From: Bdellovibrionota bacterium FG-2
GTDB taxonomy: Bacteria; Bdellovibrionota; UBA1018
Assembly (NCBI GenBank): GCA_051382305.1
Contig: JBBCAV010000156.1
Location: forward strand, 1 to 17,908
Direction of reading: 5' to 3'
Length of the DNA stretch: 17,908 bases
Part shown: positions 15,469-17,908 of the stretch, in pieces
How positions within the stretch are numbered: position 1 is the stretch's first letter
How the letters are laid out: each line of letters begins with the position of its first letter
Program-made: the position numbers and the translations under genes
Notes under the pieces: model-generated
The model's input: the letters and a program-made list of their open reading frames with translations, nothing else
The model's database searches: none
Told to the model about the DNA's origin: nothing

Positions 15469-17125
15469 AAGCAGCTCCTGAGGGTTTGCCTTTGAAGGAG
15501 ATTTTCCAGCGTTTGGTTTCATTTTCCCCGGTGGGGGGAACTTCTTCCACTTTTTCGCTGGTGAGGCCCGTGATTTGCTTGCCGAGTTGTGTGTTAAGTT
15601 TCTCAGCAATTTGAGGATTTGCGACTAAAAATGTGAGGAGTACTGCTGCATCGTCGGTAGTGGCGTAGGGGGCCGAGGGCGCAGCTCCCACCTGAAAACG
15701 GGTGAGATCGACAATCGTATCCTTAGGGGTTGTTTCCGACAAGGTTTTCAAAAATTCAAGGGGCGAGCGTGGGTTGGGTGAAAGAAGTTTCCCCATTTCC
15801 CGTTGTTTTGTGAGTTCTTTATTGATGGCGCCACGGAGGGAATCCGTACTTGTCAAATAGGTGCGAATAGCGCTGCCTGAGATCTGTCCAAAGAAGGAGC
15901 GAACATTTTTTTCAAGCTGAACGTCAACCTCTTGAAGTCGGTCTTTATGAACGGCAGATTCGATGAAAAGACTAATGAGGAATGTCCCTAAAATCGCGCC
16001 GAGCGCAAGGGCTGGTTTCTTGAGATTGGCGAGATTCATGTCGTGAGTTTGACTCGATTTTGAAAATTCGCCTCGTCTGAAGTTTAGGCAGACGGCTTTG
16101 TCGCTGCCGACATGGCAAAGTGCAAGTGCAGCCGCCAGAGAGAAGGAGGCATCCGAAGACTCAGAATAGGTGACGCCGGAAGTACTCACGGAGCTCAGCG
16201 CGCGCAGTGGTTTGGTGGTAATTTGAAGATACTCTTCAAAAATTCGAGAGAGTCCCGGCAAAAGCGAGGTTCCGCCGGAAGTATAGAGGAGGCCAACATT
16301 TTGTCGTGAGAGGTTCTTGCAAGTGAGTTTGGCTTGTCGGAGTTCGGAAATCAGGGCCAGAAAAGGTTGCATGAGTGTTTGGGAAAATTCAATCTGCTCC
16401 GCCGTGGCTTCCCCTTTTTGGGATGAAGGGATGACAAATCCATGATCGAGGATGGACTGTTGCGCTTCTTCCATTGGAATTTGATATTTCTGGCAAATTG
16501 CAACGCTGAGATCGCTTCCTCCCCAAGGAATCTCACGTGTGAGAATTGGGGTCCCACGCCAGTGCACATAGATGAGCGTGCGTTCGTGGCCAATATGGAC
16601 CACCATGACGGGCTGTTCTTGTGCTCCCGAGGCGACAGGTCCTAAGATTCGATTTAAAAGGGTTCGAAAAGCCCAAGATTCGGTGGTGAGAATATCCGGG
16701 TCGGCGCCGGTGCCCGTGCATGATTCCAGAAGTGCGTTGATGTGTTTCTTTAGCGTGAGAGCGACGTGAACCGTAGTGGCTCCTCGCGTGGTTGAGGGAA
16801 GGATCGAGTATTCAAATGCAGCCTGCTCCATGGGAAATGGGATTTCATCCTCTAATTCAAAACCAATCGTGGCTTGAATGGCTTTCTTGTCTCGCGTGGG
16901 AAGCTGAAGATTTCGAAAGGTTACTTTTCCTCCTTGCAGTCCCATGATGAGTCGATCGGGTGCTTTGGGAAGCGTGCCCATGAGCCGAGCCAGTGCTTGT
17001 GCGGCGTCTTCGCCCGGAGTGATCGCCTGCTCGTAGTAGTCACGAATTTCAAAGCGCCCAAAAGTGCTTTCCAGTTCAACTGCTTTGATGCTCGAGTGGC
17101 CAAGATCAAGTCCTAGGATTCTCAT
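15458..17125 (-). CDS. gspL: Type II secretion system protein L (PilM-like actin-fold cytoplasmic domain, TM helix, periplasmic PilN-like domain)
   Basis: ILGLDLGHSSIKAV, FELEDEIPF, VHIGHERT, IPWGG.DL..AI, SGGTSLLPGL, LNFRRGEF, then a TM helix. SD AGGAGG at 17136-17131. Confidence 0.85.
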   Translation of the reverse strand: MRILGLDLGHSSIKAVELESTFGRFEIRDYYEQAITPGEDAAQALARLMGTLPKAPDRLIMGLQGGKVTFRNLQLPTRDKKAIQATIGFELEDEIPFPMEQAAFEYSILPSTTRGATTVHVALTLKKHINALLESCTGTGADPDILTTESWAFRTLLNRILGPVASGAQEQPVMVVHIGHERTLIYVHWRGTPILTREIPWGGSDLSVAICQKYQIPMEEAQQSILDHGFVIPSSQKGEATAEQIEFSQTLMQPFLALISELRQAKLTCKNLSRQNVGLLYTSGGTSLLPGLSRIFEEYLQITTKPLRALSSVSTSGVTYSESSDASFSLAAALALCHVGSDKAVCLNFRRGEFSKSSQTHDMNLANLKKPALALGAILGTFLISLFIESAVHKDRLQEVDVQLEKNVRSFFGQISGSAIRTYLTSTDSLRGAINKELTKQREMGKLLSPNPRSPLEFLKTLSETTPKDTIVDLTRFQVGAAPSAPYATTDDAAVLLTFLVANPQIAEKLNTQLGKQITGLTSEKVEEVPPTGENETKRWKISFKGKPSGAAYGK

Positions 17126-17135
17126 GTTTGCCTCC

Positions 17136-17908
17136 TCATATAAATCTCATGAAAGTGATTTTCAGGCCAGTATCCAGTGCTTCGGTTGGATTAGATTTTC
17201 CACCTTTTCCGGGGGGGGGAGGAGTGGTTGTTCCCGGAGGGGCCCCTGGGCCAGGTGTGGTCGGGGTCGCTGGGGCGGTCGGGGCTGGTGTGCTGAGCGT
17301 GACCCACGCTTCGAGGGTTCTTACGGATTGGTTTACTTGGGCCTGTACTGTGATTTTGAACTCCGACTCCTCTGTGATAATGCGGATGTTTCTGCGCGTC
17401 AGATCTTGCTTGAATCGATCAATCTCGGCCTGATCGCCTTTGAAAACGGTGATGGCCTTTAGAATGTATTTAAAAAAATCCTCTTCGTCTTTGAAGGTAT
17501 TATCTTGATCCTCTGCGTCTCGATATTTGAAGAAATCTTTGATCTCTTCTTCGGTAATTTTTGGGATCAAGGCCCGGAGTGTGTTCTCCTTCAGCGTGTT
17601 GACGTTGAGTCCTGGCGTGGTGCTTGCCGTGAGGGCAGGGGCTAAGAGGTTATAGAGGTCATCGTCCATCCCTGGAAGCATGTGGAGTTCGGTGACAGAG
17701 GTAAAGGGGGCGCGTTTCATCGGAACAATATCTGCGGAGTCAGACCCCTTGCGTTCATAAGTTCGATCAGCCCAAGCGACGATGGTGTCAACAAATTCGT
17801 CAATCTTGAAGTCTCGGTACTCCGATGCAAATTCTTGGTCAGCTTCAAATTTCTGACTCAGAATGTTCCATAAATACTCCGCTAGGCTTTTTCGAGCTTC
17901 TTCTGGAC
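17136..17908 (-). CDS. gspK: Type II secretion minor pseudopilin GspK, 5'-truncated by the window edge
   Basis: Manual translation shows the frame is open to the edge: ...FVDTIVAWADR...MKRAPFTSVTELHMLPGMDDDLYNLLAPALT...LNVNT. This matches the GspK pattern (D.I.DW.D / PF.S..EL..G / INVNT). Directly upstream of gspL. Confidence 0.85.
   Translation of the reverse strand, partial: PEEARKSLAEYLWNILSQKFEADQEFASEYRDFKIDEFVDTIVAWADRTYERKGSDSADIVPMKRAPFTSVTELHMLPGMDDDLYNLLAPALTASTTPGLNVNTLKENTLRALIPKITEEEIKDFFKYRDAEDQDNTFKDEEDFFKYILKAITVFKGDQAEIDRFKQDLTRRNIRIITEESEFKITVQAQVNQSVRTLEAWVTLSTPAPTAPATPTTPGPGAPPGTTTPPPPGKGGKSNPTEALDTGLKITFMRFI

Noticed and set aside
15469-15609. ORF-track N-terminal extension of gspM
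   Set aside because: It lies inside gspL. ATG 15468 has a good SD and gives a normal GspM length.

Overview
Gene-dense chromosomal window of about 50% GC. Gene content and order suggest a deltaproteobacteria-like lineage, probably Bdellovibrionota/Oligoflexia (inference). The + strand carries sucC (5'-truncated), sucD, ndk, nadE, a Lys-rich hypothetical protein, infC, rpmI, rplT, pheS, pheT, ihfA, a MerR-family regulator and a FadL/PorV-like outer-membrane beta-barrel. Converging on the - strand is the distal end of a type II secretion operon (gspK partial, PilM-like gspL, gspM, gspN), followed without a break by a polyprenyl synthase (ispA-like) and a divergent glutathione-synthetase-like ATP-grasp ligase. 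I see no tRNA, rRNA, CRISPR array or mobile element, and no clear-cut new multi-gene system. The best leads are small-scale: (1) the infC Shine-Dalgarno points at an in-frame ACT codon inside an A/U hairpin rather than at the ATG; (2) a T9 tract separates a coupled TTG start from the beta-barrel reading frame; (3) the poly-Asp tail of IHF-alpha doubles as an ATG cluster for merR; (4) a PhaF/histone-H1-like basic protein sits where thrS usually is; (5) the GshB-like and IspA-like enzymes coupled to the T2SS operon have altered motifs.
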